A stretch of 64,000 nt of DNA from Candidatus Moraniibacteriota bacterium (GCA_037441965.1 JBBIRD010000003.1:6741-70740); one strand, 5' to 3'. Numbered from the stretch's first letter, positions 17,574-28,314 are shown. Program-made: numbers and translations. The notes: generated by a model not told the origin, from the sequence alone.

Positions 17574-19196
17574 TTAGTTTTTCTCTACGCTCATTATTTT
17601 TCCACCGAGCATTTCCATTGCTTGATCAATAAGCGGATTATTTTCTGTTATTGCTTGGTCTTTCTTCGTGGAAGATTCTTCAATAATAATTTTAATTTTC
17701 GTTTTCGATTTTAGTATCGTATCAAAAGCTGTTGCGAGTGTCAATTGATTTGCTTTTTCATCAAGGCGTTCTTTATGAAAAGGATATTTTACAGCGATAG
17801 TAATTACATTGTGAGATATTCCTACAGGACGCGCTGTAGAAAGAGCAAGACTGAGTGATGCATTGAGTTTTTTTGAGGTATTCAAGATAGTATTCCATTC
17901 ATTCATAATAGTATTGAAATCAATTTCTGATGGTGTTTCTTCTGTCATTTCTTCTGGTATTTTTGTAGAATGAAGGATTTCTTGTTCTTCTTCTTTTATT
18001 TTTTTTGGTGAGGATGCTGATGAATTGATATTCTGAATGGTTTCTTTTTTTGTTGTTTCTTCTATTTTCTGATTTGATATCGGAAGAGGGGATTTCTCAT
18101 TTTGTGAGATAATTTTTACGAGTGCAATCTGCAGGGGGAGTTCTGGAATGACGGAAACTTTACTTCCTATTTGTGCGATTTGAACATATTCAATTATACG
18201 GATAATATCATTTGGAGAGAATACAGATGCCAGTGTTCGCATATCATTTTTCTGTTCATCGGTGAAGGAATCAAGATCCTCAAGACCATTTTCGATATTA
18301 GCTGATACCAAGAGGAGATCGCGAAGATAATGAAGGAAGACGCCACAAAAAATTGATAAGTCGGTTCCATCGAGAGAAAGTTTAGTGACGAAGTTCAAAC
18401 TTTTATATAATTCATTTTTTGCTACAAGATGAAGGAGTTCAACGATAGTGTCTTTTTTTGTTGTCCCTAGTATCTCGATGACTTTTTCTTCGGTGATAAG
18501 TGATGTTTCAAGGGAGATAATTTGCATCAAAAGGGATTCTGCGTCGCGCATACCTCCTTCTGCAGTGAGAGCAATCATTTCGAGTGCTTTAGCGTCGATA
18601 GTTAGTTTTTCTGATTGAGCAATTTTTGTGAGTTTCTCTATGATACTTTTTACTGGGAAACGAGAAAGATCGAAGCGCTGGCAACGAGAGATAATCGTAT
18701 CAGGAATCTTGTGAAGTGCAGTGGTTGCGAGGATGAATATGACATGCATTGGTGGTTCTTCAAGTGTTTTGAGAAGAGCATTAAACGCTCCAGTGGAAAG
18801 CATATGTACCTCATCAATAATGTAGATTTTATGTGACCCAAGTGTTGGTGGAAGCATAACCGTTTCTCGTAATTCACGAATATTATCTACGCTATTATTG
18901 GAGGCAGCATCGATTTCTACAATATCTAAAGACCTTCCTTCATTCATAAGGAGACAATGTTCGCAAGTATTGCAAGGCTCGCTCCCTTTTCTTTTTGAGC
19001 AATTGACTGCTTTTGCAAAAAGACGAGCTAAAGTTGTCTTGCCTGTTCCACGAGGTCCAGTAAAAAGATATGCTTGACCAACACGACCAAGTTTAAGAGC
19101 GTTTGTAAGTGTTGTAACAATATGTTTCTGTCCTACAACATCAGAAAATGTTTGAGGACGATATTTTCGATAGAGTGTGGCAGATGATGAGGTCAT
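17574..19196 (-). CDS. dnaX: DNA polymerase III subunit gamma/tau
   Basis: YRPQTFSDVVGQ, GPRGTGKTT Walker A, zinc-module CxxC, DEVHML Walker B/sensor motifs. Confidence 0.9.
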   Translation of the reverse strand: MTSSSATLYRKYRPQTFSDVVGQKHIVTTLTNALKLGRVGQAYLFTGPRGTGKTTLARLFAKAVNCSKRKGSEPCNTCEHCLLMNEGRSLDIVEIDAASNNSVDNIRELRETVMLPPTLGSHKIYIIDEVHMLSTGAFNALLKTLEEPPMHVIFILATTALHKIPDTIISRCQRFDLSRFPVKSIIEKLTKIAQSEKLTIDAKALEMIALTAEGGMRDAESLLMQIISLETSLITEEKVIEILGTTKKDTIVELLHLVAKNELYKSLNFVTKLSLDGTDLSIFCGVFLHYLRDLLLVSANIENGLEDLDSFTDEQKNDMRTLASVFSPNDIIRIIEYVQIAQIGSKVSVIPELPLQIALVKIISQNEKSPLPISNQKIEETTKKETIQNINSSASSPKKIKEEEQEILHSTKIPEEMTEETPSEIDFNTIMNEWNTILNTSKKLNASLSLALSTARPVGISHNVITIAVKYPFHKERLDEKANQLTLATAFDTILKSKTKIKIIIEESSTKKDQAITENNPLIDQAMEMLGGKIMSVEKN

Positions 19197-19322
19197 AGAA
19201 TAATTCTCAATAGCGGTATAATAATAGGTGAATGTAGAACAGACTCTATAAAGTATAACTCTTTTTTAGAAATGAAAAAAGAGTAGTATATGCTTTTCTT
19301 CTATCAAAGGGAAATAGTCTAT

Positions 19323-19778
19323 TTATTTTTTGAAAACAAAAAGTTTATAACCAATGAAATTCCATACCAATGAAAAGCCTGTTGCAAAAAGTTTGGCAAT
19401 ATTTGCCCACATAACAGCACTGAGATTGAAAAATGGAGGGATATGAGTGGTAATACTCGTTAGTACCGCACCATTGATGAGAAGTCCAATAATACTGATA
19501 ATGAAAAAAGCAGAAAATTTGATTGTAGCTTGTTCGGTTTTTGTTTTATCTTGAAATGTCCAGTATTTGTTCATAAAATAGCTATTCATAACTGCAACGG
19601 AGAAAGAAATACTATTCAAGATGAAAAGACGACTACCGGCTTCTATACCAGTGACATAGATCAGGGTGTTCAGTACGAGAAAATCGATACCCGTATTGAT
19701 ACCGCCGACAATAACAAATTTAGCAAATTGTTTTATAACACGTTCCAATCGCGCCTTATCCCAATTCTTTATCTCCAT
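19323..19778 (-). CDS. GtrA-family polysaccharide-synthesis membrane protein
   Basis: FAKFVIVGGINTGIDF N-terminal signature and 4 TM helices. Confidence 0.75.
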   Translation of the reverse strand: MEIKNWDKARLERVIKQFAKFVIVGGINTGIDFLVLNTLIYVTGIEAGSRLFILNSISFSVAVMNSYFMNKYWTFQDKTKTEQATIKFSAFFIISIIGLLINGAVLTSITTHIPPFFNLSAVMWANIAKLFATGFSLVWNFIGYKLFVFKK

Positions 19779-19786
19779 AACTATTT

Positions 19787-20584
19787 TTATGAGGCGCTTT
19801 GTTTAATTTCCTTTTCAATTTCTTCCATATCACGCACCCAATCATCAAGAGTGTGTGTGTCTTCTGATGTGAAAGTGTCATCTGATTGTACAAAAGAATC
19901 TGGTTTCGATTCAGTATCTTTTAGATCTTTCTTCCAGATATTGATACTTTCATTTTCTTCCGTAGCTTTAGTGAGAGCATTTTGCCAATCTTCACGAGCA
20001 CCTTTTTGAATAATATTTTCGATAGCAGCCCAGGTCGCATCAGAATCCTGAGAAGTCACAATAGCCACTTCATCTCCAGGCATTGCTTTGAAATAAGTAA
20101 TAGAAGCAAGGAGAACGCGAAATGGTTTGCCATCAGCAATGACATAATAATTCCCATTTTCATCTTGTGTTACCACAGCAATGGCATGATTACGATCCAC
20201 TGGTCCTACTTGTTTGTAGAGAAAAGCGCCACGATCAGTGATAGTGAGTTTGAGCATATCACCTTCGACAAGTTTGGATTTGGAAGCATAATTTGCAGGA
20301 ACAGGGTACTGTCTTCCATCTGTACCAATCATAAGCTGACCATCAAATGTTCCTTCGACAACCGTTCCTTCGACAGTATCAAGATCAACTTTTCGAGGAC
20401 GTCCTGTTTTTTTCTTTCCTTCGAGTTGGAGGAGCATAGCTTTAGCTCCTTGAATAGTTTTTTCTGCACTGAGTACCATATCACGAAGCGCTTTAATCTT
20501 AGCGAGTTGCTCCTCGGTGCTTTGAAGTTCTGGATCGATATGCGTTGTGTTGTTTGCTGTCATAGTGTTTATTTTTACGATCAT
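19787..20584 (-). CDS. hypothetical protein with AT-hook-like GRPRK segment and acidic C-terminus
   Basis: ORF only; probable true start at internal Met (MTANNTT); no family recognised. Confidence 0.45.
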   Translation of the reverse strand: MIVKINTMTANNTTHIDPELQSTEEQLAKIKALRDMVLSAEKTIQGAKAMLLQLEGKKKTGRPRKVDLDTVEGTVVEGTFDGQLMIGTDGRQYPVPANYASKSKLVEGDMLKLTITDRGAFLYKQVGPVDRNHAIAVVTQDENGNYYVIADGKPFRVLLASITYFKAMPGDEVAIVTSQDSDATWAAIENIIQKGAREDWQNALTKATEENESINIWKKDLKDTESKPDSFVQSDDTFTSEDTHTLDDWVRDMEEIEKEIKQSAS

Positions 20585-20839
20585 TGAAGATCGGTATGTA
20601 ATGTTTTGTTTTTATATTATGTCTTCAGTATAAACAACTCTTTGAATAAATGCAAATGTTTTCTGTAAGCGTATTTGCCTATGAAAAAGAATGTATGCAG
20701 AGATGCTTTTTTGATGAAAAAAGATCTTCTTTTTTCTCATATCGCTTGGGGTTGACAAAAATTGAGAATATGCGGTAATATAAAGTCTCTCGAAAGAACA
20801 AAGAAGAGAGCATCGCAAGTATATGTAAAAAGAATATTT

Positions 20840-21916
20840 ATGGCTCGGCAAAACAATGAAAATAGCGCTGTTTCAGAAATAGCACCAGAGGAGAGTGTGT
20901 TATTTTTTGTTTCTTCTTTGGATCATTTTCTTAAAAAACTACCGATTCGTTCACGAAATATTTTATTAGCACGTTTTGGACTACTCGGAAAAACAGCAGA
21001 AACGCTTGAAGAAATAGGTCAAACATATACCATCACGCGTGAACGTGTACGCCAGGTAATTCTAAGCGGATTCAATCTTCTGAAAACAGAGAAAGAGCAT
21101 CCTCTTTTTAAAAAAGTAACGAAGCGTATTGTATCAGCACTGGAAGAACAAAACGGAATTGTTCCGGTTCATACTTTACTGGATATGCTCGCTTCTGAAG
21201 ATGAAAAAGAACGAGGATCGCTTCTTGTATTTATTGAATGCATAACATCTGTGAAAGAAGTAAAAGCAACAAAAGAATACGAAAAAGCATATATTTTAAA
21301 AGATTTTTCATTTGAATTGTGGGAGAAAGTAAAAAACGAGGCAATACGAATACTGAAGACAGGAAATCAGTCATTGACATCAGAAGAACTTTTCGCACAG
21401 TTTCAATTCGTTGACGAGACAATAAATAAGCAAATGCTTATACACTTCCTTTCAGTATCGAAAGAGGTTAAACAAAATGTTTTCGGAAAATGGGGATTGG
21501 TAGAATGGAGCGATATAAAACCTCGTGGCACGAGAGAAAAAGCATATCTTGTACTCAAGACCACAGGGAAATTACTCCATTTTCGAGAAATTGCTTCTCT
21601 TATTGATAGTTATGGGTTAAAGAGTGCAAAGAAAACGAAAAGTCATCCTCAAACTGTACATAATGAACTTATTAAAGATGATCGTTTCGTTCTTGTTGGT
21701 CGCGGTACTTATGCGCTTGCCGAATGGGGGTATAAAAGAGGAACGGTGAGAGAAGTTTTGACAGAGATTCTCCGTAAATCAAATACACCACTTTCCCGCG
21801 AAGAGATATTAAATCAGATTCTGAAAATTCGTCAGGTAAAAAAATCAACGGTGATTATTAACCTCAATACTTTTTTCTCTCGCGTAGGGAGAGATGCGTA
21901 CACTTTAAAAAAATAA
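20840..21916 (+). CDS. sigma-70 region-4-like HTH domain protein with large C-terminal extension
   Basis: LARFGLLGKTAETLEEIGQTYTITRERVRQV matches sigma-70 region 4.2 HTH consensus; remainder unassigned. Confidence 0.6.
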   Translation: MARQNNENSAVSEIAPEESVLFFVSSLDHFLKKLPIRSRNILLARFGLLGKTAETLEEIGQTYTITRERVRQVILSGFNLLKTEKEHPLFKKVTKRIVSALEEQNGIVPVHTLLDMLASEDEKERGSLLVFIECITSVKEVKATKEYEKAYILKDFSFELWEKVKNEAIRILKTGNQSLTSEELFAQFQFVDETINKQMLIHFLSVSKEVKQNVFGKWGLVEWSDIKPRGTREKAYLVLKTTGKLLHFREIASLIDSYGLKSAKKTKSHPQTVHNELIKDDRFVLVGRGTYALAEWGYKRGTVREVLTEILRKSNTPLSREEILNQILKIRQVKKSTVIINLNTFFSRVGRDAYTLKK

Positions 21917-21978
21917 TACCCACTCTTTTATTTCTCTCTTTTTATCTAATATGCTAAAATAAAAAGTGTTTCGGTAGA

Positions 21979-23334
21979 GTGAAAGAATATTTTTTTACTC
22001 GTATAATGAAGAGGTCAACGAACCTCACAGAAATGAATACTCTTTTTTTGCATCTTTCACAAATGTTTTCTAGTATTTCTCATACATTCAGTCCGTTATT
22101 GGATGTGTGGTTTTTGATTTTTCCGCCTCTTCTCTTTGAAGTATTTAAACCTTTTTGGGAATCGCACATACAAAGTCAATACTCATCGAGTGTAAAAAAA
22201 GTGCTTCTCGAGATTATTCCTCCTCGTGATTCTGAGAAGAGTCCTCTTCTTATGGAATCTATTTATGCAGTACTTGCAGGTATTCATTCGACTCCGAGTA
22301 TTTCTGAACAGTGGATCAAAGGTGTTTTTGTTTTGTCTTTTTCTTTGGAAATTGCAAGTATCGAAGGACAAGTGCATTTGTATGTACGTACTCCTGTACA
22401 GTTTCGTGATTTGGTAGAGTCTGCTTTTTATGCACAATATCCAAATGTAGAGATTATTGAAGCAGATGACTATGTAAATCTCGTTCCGAAAACTGCTCCG
22501 AATAAAGATTGGGATCTTTGGGGAACGGATTTTCTCCTTTCTGCTGATGATTTGTACCCTATAAAAACCTATAAATACTTCGAAGAAACAGTAACTGGAA
22601 AAATGATTGATCCTTTAGCGGGACTGATTGAAACAATGTCAAAAATCGGCCCTGGTCAACATATTTGGCTTCAATATATTATTACACCACTGCATGCAAA
22701 TACACAGAAAATACTTCAGAAAACCATTGATAAGTTTCTTGGAAAAGAAGAAAAGAAAAAACAAGGAATATTTGGCAGTATAATGATATTTTTTCAAGAT
22801 ATTTTTATGAATGTCGGGCGCGGTATAGCTGGACGTGAATTTGTATTTACTTCTGCAGGAGGAGAATCAAAGAAAGATGAATCGCCCGTTGAGTTTCGTC
22901 TTACTCCAGGAGAGAAAGAAAGATTGAAAGCATTGGAATCAAATATCGGTAAGCAGATGTTTCGTACTCGTATGCGTCATATCTATGTTGGAAGGCGTGA
23001 GGCTTTTAATAAAGCGAACGGTGTGTCTGCATTCATTGGAGCTCTTAAGCAATTCAATGATTATAATTTGAATGGATTTCGACCTGATGATAATACGAAA
23101 ACTTATTCAAATTATGTTCTCAGAGAAGAACGATTAAGATATAGACAACGTCGTGTATTTAGGCGCTATATTACGAGAGATTCAGATCCACAAGGGACAC
23201 GATTCATTCTGAGTACGGAGGAACTCGCAACCGTTTTTCATATTCCAGATATGTCGGTTGCTAGTCCTAATATCTCTCATGTGTCATCAAAACGTGGTGG
23301 TGCTCCCATTAATCTCCCTATTCAAGAAGAATAA
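21979..23334 (+). CDS. hypothetical membrane-anchored protein (upstream partner of ATPase)
   Basis: N-terminal hydrophobic segment; 6-nt gap to downstream ATPase suggests operon; start codon uncertain. Confidence 0.5.
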   Translation: MKEYFFTRIMKRSTNLTEMNTLFLHLSQMFSSISHTFSPLLDVWFLIFPPLLFEVFKPFWESHIQSQYSSSVKKVLLEIIPPRDSEKSPLLMESIYAVLAGIHSTPSISEQWIKGVFVLSFSLEIASIEGQVHLYVRTPVQFRDLVESAFYAQYPNVEIIEADDYVNLVPKTAPNKDWDLWGTDFLLSADDLYPIKTYKYFEETVTGKMIDPLAGLIETMSKIGPGQHIWLQYIITPLHANTQKILQKTIDKFLGKEEKKKQGIFGSIMIFFQDIFMNVGRGIAGREFVFTSAGGESKKDESPVEFRLTPGEKERLKALESNIGKQMFRTRMRHIYVGRREAFNKANGVSAFIGALKQFNDYNLNGFRPDDNTKTYSNYVLREERLRYRQRRVFRRYITRDSDPQGTRFILSTEELATVFHIPDMSVASPNISHVSSKRGGAPINLPIQEE

Positions 23335-23339
23335 CTCTT

Positions 23340-25298
23340 ATGGCTACACATAATCAAAACGATATTACTTTTTTTGCAAAAACAAACTTTCGTAACCAAG
23401 AGCGTATTTTTGGTATCAAGACAGATGATCGTCGTCGTCATATGTATGTCATCGGGAAGACAGGTATGGGGAAGACGAACTTACTTGAAAATCTGGCTAT
23501 TCAAGATATTCAAAAAGGACATGGCATCGCTTTCATCGATCCTCACGGGGATACGGCAGAGAAACTTATTAAAGCGATACCATCAAATCGTATCAATGAT
23601 GTGATCTATCTTAATCCATCGGATCAAGATTTTCCAATTGCTTTTAATGTGATGGAAAAGGTAGATCCAGAATATAGACATCTCGTTGCATCAGGATTAG
23701 TTGGTGTGTTTAAGAAGATATGGGCTGATTCTTGGGGACCTAGACTCGAATACATTTTACGCAATGCCATACTTGCATTGCTTGAATATCCTGGGAGTAC
23801 ATTGTTAGGAGTAACACGTATTCTTGTAGATAAATCATATCGTGCCAAAGTAGTAGAAAAAATTACTGATCCTGTGGTACGAAGTTTTTGGGTGGATGAA
23901 TTTTCTCAGTGGAATGACAGAGTACTCCAAGAAGTAATTTCACCAATTCAGAACAAAGTTGGACAATTTCTTTCGAGCTCTCTTATTCGTAATATCGTTG
24001 GTCAAACCGTTTCTTCTTTTAATGTTCGTGAAGTTATGGATCAGCGAAAGATTCTTATTATCAATCTGTCAAAAGGGCGTATCGGTGAAGATAATGGAGC
24101 ACTTCTTGGTGCAATGATGATCACAAAAATTCAACTCGCAGCAATGGGACGCGTTGATATACCTGAAGAAGATCGAAGAGATTTTTATCTTTATGTTGAT
24201 GAGTTTCAAAACTTTGCTACTGAATCATTTGCAAATATATTGTCCGAAGCTCGTAAATATCATCTCAATCTTATTCTCGCCAATCAGTATGTTACACAAA
24301 TAGAAGAAACTGTCCGCGATGCTATTTTTGGAAATGCAGGATCTCTTATTTCTTTCCGTGTCGGTGCGATGGATGCCGAGTTTCTTGAAAAAGAATTTGA
24401 ACCGGTATTTATGATGAATGATATTATCAATCTTCCGAAGTATCAGATTTATCTGAAGCTTATGATCGATGGTATTGCAGGGGATGCATTTAGTGCAACT
24501 ACGCTTCCGCCAATAAAACTTGAAGATGCGGGTAATGAAGCAAAGATTATTCAGAGTTCAAGAGAGCGTTATTCGTCGAGTCGTGAGATGGTAGAAGATA
24601 AGATTCGTCGCTGGAGTGGAATGCTTACCCCTGAAGAACGACAAGCAATAGCTGAGTCACAGAGTATCTTTGAAGGAAAAGTGAAGAAAAATCTCCAGAG
24701 AGGAGATCAACCGATCAAGCAAGAAACGAATAAGAAATCAAATACTTCTTCTTTTCGTCCAGCACTCGCGCCAAAACGAGATACTGCTATTTCGCTGGAA
24801 CCTTTAGAGGTATTGAAATCCAGACCTGCGTTTTCTCACAATGAAGAAAAGGAGAACATACATCAAGATACAGACGAGTCAGTAAAAAATACATCATTGA
24901 TGAAAGAAATATCGAAAGAGAAAGTTTTGTATGAAGCAAAATGTGCGAGTTGTGATGAAGATATACAAGTGCCATTCAAACCAGATGGTCAGAGGCCGAC
25001 TTTTTGTAAGGCTTGTTTGCGGGATTATCAACGATCTGTGGCAAAAGTTCGTAATGAAATTGAAGTAAAAAAAAGAGAAGAAACCGTGATAAATCCTCAG
25101 ACTTCGCCTATACAAAAAAAAGAATCGTATCATAAATCATATGTTTCATCAGAGGTGCCACTTTCACTTCATCAAATGAATTATATTGGCGCAAAAAAAT
25201 TTCAATCATTGAATCATAAGCCAGTAGTCAATTTGAAAGAAGTCCGTGCTATGATACAAAATGTGAAGAAAGATGATGTAAATACGAGAGAGTCTTGA
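23340..25298 (+). CDS. FtsK/HerA/TraG(VirD4)-superfamily P-loop ATPase with C-terminal CxxC...CxxC zinc ribbon
   Basis: Walker A GKTGMGKTN, HerA-like FIDPHGD, Walker B LYVDEFQNF, ILANQ sensor; C-terminal CASCDEDI...FCKACL. Confidence 0.7.
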   Translation: MATHNQNDITFFAKTNFRNQERIFGIKTDDRRRHMYVIGKTGMGKTNLLENLAIQDIQKGHGIAFIDPHGDTAEKLIKAIPSNRINDVIYLNPSDQDFPIAFNVMEKVDPEYRHLVASGLVGVFKKIWADSWGPRLEYILRNAILALLEYPGSTLLGVTRILVDKSYRAKVVEKITDPVVRSFWVDEFSQWNDRVLQEVISPIQNKVGQFLSSSLIRNIVGQTVSSFNVREVMDQRKILIINLSKGRIGEDNGALLGAMMITKIQLAAMGRVDIPEEDRRDFYLYVDEFQNFATESFANILSEARKYHLNLILANQYVTQIEETVRDAIFGNAGSLISFRVGAMDAEFLEKEFEPVFMMNDIINLPKYQIYLKLMIDGIAGDAFSATTLPPIKLEDAGNEAKIIQSSRERYSSSREMVEDKIRRWSGMLTPEERQAIAESQSIFEGKVKKNLQRGDQPIKQETNKKSNTSSFRPALAPKRDTAISLEPLEVLKSRPAFSHNEEKENIHQDTDESVKNTSLMKEISKEKVLYEAKCASCDEDIQVPFKPDGQRPTFCKACLRDYQRSVAKVRNEIEVKKREETVINPQTSPIQKKESYHKSYVSSEVPLSLHQMNYIGAKKFQSLNHKPVVNLKEVRAMIQNVKKDDVNTRES

Positions 25299-25462
25299 AG
25301 ATTCTGTAAGAAATTGATAGTATAGTTCTATATGAGTTTTCGAAAATGGCACAAACGTGCGTATAAAATTTGGGTTGTTGTTTCTATCTTTGTTGTAATA
25401 TCAATGGTTGGTTTTCTCGTTGCTCCATTTTTTCTTCATTAAAAAATAGAGGAAACATTATT

Positions 25463-25852
25463 ATGATACAAAAAAGATGGTTTGTAAAAAGTATTATTGG
25501 TATAGTATTTCTTTTTTCGGTGTGGGTTATTATTATTTCTTCTCAGCAAATAAAAAGAAATTACCATATTGAAGAAGAAGTAGCGAAGCTTCAATCTGAG
25601 GCAGATAAAATTCGAATTGAAAATGAAACATTGGCCGAAAAAATTGCTTATTTTTCTTCTGATAATTTTCGTGAACAGGAGGCAAAACAAAAATTAGGAT
25701 TAAAAAAGGCAGATGAGAATGTTGTTGTGATTGTTCCTCGTCCAGAATTAGAAAAGAACAAAGAATCAATATCTCATACTCAAGAAGACGGTATTTCAAA
25801 AACTGGAGATTTGATTCCAGATTATAAAAAATGGTGGAGGTTGTTTTTTTAG
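25463..25852 (+). CDS. ftsB: septum formation initiator (FtsB/DivIC-like) protein
   Basis: Single N-terminal TM then coiled-coil (EEEVAKLQSEADKIRIENETLAEKIAYF...DNFREQEAKQKLGL) typical of FtsB/DivIC; RBS AGAGGAAA. Confidence 0.6.
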   Translation: MIQKRWFVKSIIGIVFLFSVWVIIISSQQIKRNYHIEEEVAKLQSEADKIRIENETLAEKIAYFSSDNFREQEAKQKLGLKKADENVVVIVPRPELEKNKESISHTQEDGISKTGDLIPDYKKWWRLFF

Positions 25853-25874
25853 TTTTTTTACGAGTATAATCTGT

Positions 25875-26927
25875 ATGCAAAATACAAAAGATAAAGTTTC
25901 AAAAAAAATATCTATAAGCACTTTTATTTTTGCTTTTCTTATTTTTTGTATTTCTTTTTTTATTATAAGTCTAATACTTCTTTATATTTTCCCTGTATCT
26001 CAAAGTCTTACTAATCGTCTTAAAACTTCTTTACCGTATCCTCTTATATTGCTTGATTACAAAAATATAATTACATTTCGTGAATTATCTTCCAATATGG
26101 CTTCCGTACGACGTTTTTATGAAACGCAAGATTTCTCAAAAATTGGTTTACGAGTAGACTTCTCTACCGAAGATGGAAAAAAGCGTTTTAAAATACGAGA
26201 AAAGGAAGTATTGAATAAAATGATTGAAGACCTTGTAATAAAGACATTGGCATCGGAACAAGGTATTTTTGTAAGTCCAGAGGAAGCAGAACAATCCGTT
26301 GCTCGTAAATTGGAAGAATATGGAACCAAAGAAACAGTGAAGGAAGAACTTGATCGACTGTACGGATGGTCTCTTACTGATTTTGAGGAAAAAGTTGTGT
26401 TACCAAGTCTTTATCAAGAGAAGTTGGAAAAAGCTTTTTCTGGCCAATCAGTATCTGAAATAGAGATGTTAAACAAGAAAGTTCTCGAAGCACAGAAGGA
26501 TATTCGTTCTGGAACAACATTTTCAGAAGTAGAAAAGAAATATTCAGATGCAGAAACAAATGAAAATGGTGTATGGTTTGCTCTCGCAGATGTTCTTCCT
26601 GAATTGCAATCATCATTAGTAAAGCAAACAGTTGGAACATCAGGAGATGTAATAGAAAGTAGACTAGGATTCCATATCCTCTTTTTGCAAGAGAAGAAAC
26701 AAGAAGATACGAAAACATTGTATCGATTGAAACAAATTTTTGTAAAAAAAACGACTTTTGCTGATTATCTTTCAGAACAAATGAAAAAAATGTCAATAAT
26801 TGTACTTGTCCCAGAATATCAATGGAATAATGAATCTTCCCGCATAGAATTTACCGATGAGAGTATGCGAGATTTCGAGAAGAAGGTATATGAATCATCT
26901 GATAGTGATCCCGCATTTTTCTTTTGA
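25875..26927 (+). CDS. PpiC-type (parvulin) peptidyl-prolyl isomerase, membrane anchored (PrsA/SurA-like)
   Basis: N-terminal TM; parvulin core with ...GDVIESRLGFHILFL... Confidence 0.7.
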   Translation: MQNTKDKVSKKISISTFIFAFLIFCISFFIISLILLYIFPVSQSLTNRLKTSLPYPLILLDYKNIITFRELSSNMASVRRFYETQDFSKIGLRVDFSTEDGKKRFKIREKEVLNKMIEDLVIKTLASEQGIFVSPEEAEQSVARKLEEYGTKETVKEELDRLYGWSLTDFEEKVVLPSLYQEKLEKAFSGQSVSEIEMLNKKVLEAQKDIRSGTTFSEVEKKYSDAETNENGVWFALADVLPELQSSLVKQTVGTSGDVIESRLGFHILFLQEKKQEDTKTLYRLKQIFVKKTTFADYLSEQMKKMSIIVLVPEYQWNNESSRIEFTDESMRDFEKKVYESSDSDPAFFF

Positions 26928-26975
26928 TGAAAAGATTTTTATTTTCGAAAATATAAAATATTTAACATAAAATAT

Positions 26976-28253
26976 ATGGAAACACAACAAGACAATGTAG
27001 TACACAGAGAAAATATATCAGCAGAAAATATACATACACATCATAAACATCAAGCATTTCTTTTCTTTTTTGCTCTCATTTTCGGTTTTTTAGGTGGTCT
27101 TTTTTCTCCTGCAGTAATGAAATTGTATGACAAGTATGCCACGCTCTCATCTGAGGAGAATGAAGAAAAAATAGCATCTCCTCTATCACCAGTGATGGAA
27201 CAAAAAACATCTGATGAGCGTATTGTGAGTTTGGTAGAGAACCACTCGAGCGGTGTAGTAAGTATCGTCGTTAGTAAGGATGTACCACAAATGAAGCGTT
27301 TTCGTTCTATGGACTTTTTTGGAGGATGGCCTTTTTTTGATCCTTTTGATCAGCCAAAAACATCAGATACTCTTCCTTCCAAAGAGAAACAGAAAATTGG
27401 TAGCGGGTCAGGGTTTTTTGTATCGAGTGACGGTATGATTGTCACAAATAAGCATGTGGTATCTGATGAACAGGCTGAATATACCGTGATTACACAGGAG
27501 GGGAAAGAATATTCTGCAAAAGTGCTTGCGCGTGATCCGAATAATGATATTGCTGTTTTGAAAATTGAAGGAAAAGATTTTCCAGCGTTGACACTTGGTG
27601 ATTCAAGCACTCTCAAAGTTGGACAAAGTGTCGTAGCTATCGGTAATGCTCTAGGAGAATTTTCTGGTTCGGTGACAAGTGGAATTATTTCTGGTTTGAA
27701 ACGCAATGTGTCAGCGGGATCCAGTTTTGGTATGGAAGAGAAATTAACTGATATTATTCAAACAGATACTGCTATCAATCCAGGAAATTCTGGAGGACCA
27801 TTGTTTAATATCTCCGGCGAAGTAATTGGAATAAATGTTGCTATGGCTGCAGGCGCAGAAAACGTTGGTTTTGCTCTCCCTATTGATTCAATAAAAAAAG
27901 TTATAGGTGAGGTGCAAAAGACAGGAAAAATAGCAACACCGTATATTGGTGTTCGTTATGTTCTTTTGACTGATGAAATACAAAAAGCAAATAATCTCCC
28001 TTATAATTATGGAGCACTTGTTTTGCGTGGAACGAATATGACTGATTTTGCTGTCATTCCTGGTTCTCCTGCCGATAAAGCTAATATTGTAGAAAATGAT
28101 ATTATTCTTCGTGTGAATGGGAAAAAAATTGATGAAGAGCATCCTCTTTCTAGTCTTATTTCAGAGTATTCTATTGGTGATGAGATTACATTCTCGATAT
28201 GGCACAAAGGGAAAGAAAGTGATGTAAAGATTACTCTTGAAGAACGTAACTAA
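26976..28253 (+). CDS. htrA: HtrA/DegP-family serine protease with PDZ domain
   Basis: Catalytic triad motifs TNKHVV, D..AVLKI, GNSGGPLFN; C-terminal PDZ. Confidence 0.9.
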   Translation: METQQDNVVHRENISAENIHTHHKHQAFLFFFALIFGFLGGLFSPAVMKLYDKYATLSSEENEEKIASPLSPVMEQKTSDERIVSLVENHSSGVVSIVVSKDVPQMKRFRSMDFFGGWPFFDPFDQPKTSDTLPSKEKQKIGSGSGFFVSSDGMIVTNKHVVSDEQAEYTVITQEGKEYSAKVLARDPNNDIAVLKIEGKDFPALTLGDSSTLKVGQSVVAIGNALGEFSGSVTSGIISGLKRNVSAGSSFGMEEKLTDIIQTDTAINPGNSGGPLFNISGEVIGINVAMAAGAENVGFALPIDSIKKVIGEVQKTGKIATPYIGVRYVLLTDEIQKANNLPYNYGALVLRGTNMTDFAVIPGSPADKANIVENDIILRVNGKKIDEEHPLSSLISEYSIGDEITFSIWHKGKESDVKITLEERN

Positions 28254-28283
28254 CATAATGGAGTAGATAATAAGAGTTGAAAA

Positions 28284-28314
28284 AAGAAAGAGTGTGACAC
28301 TCTTTCTTTTTTTT
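28284..28314 (+). terminator. rho-independent terminator after htrA
   Basis: Inverted repeat AGAAAGAGTGT/ACACTCTTTCT followed by T8 run. Confidence 0.6.
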
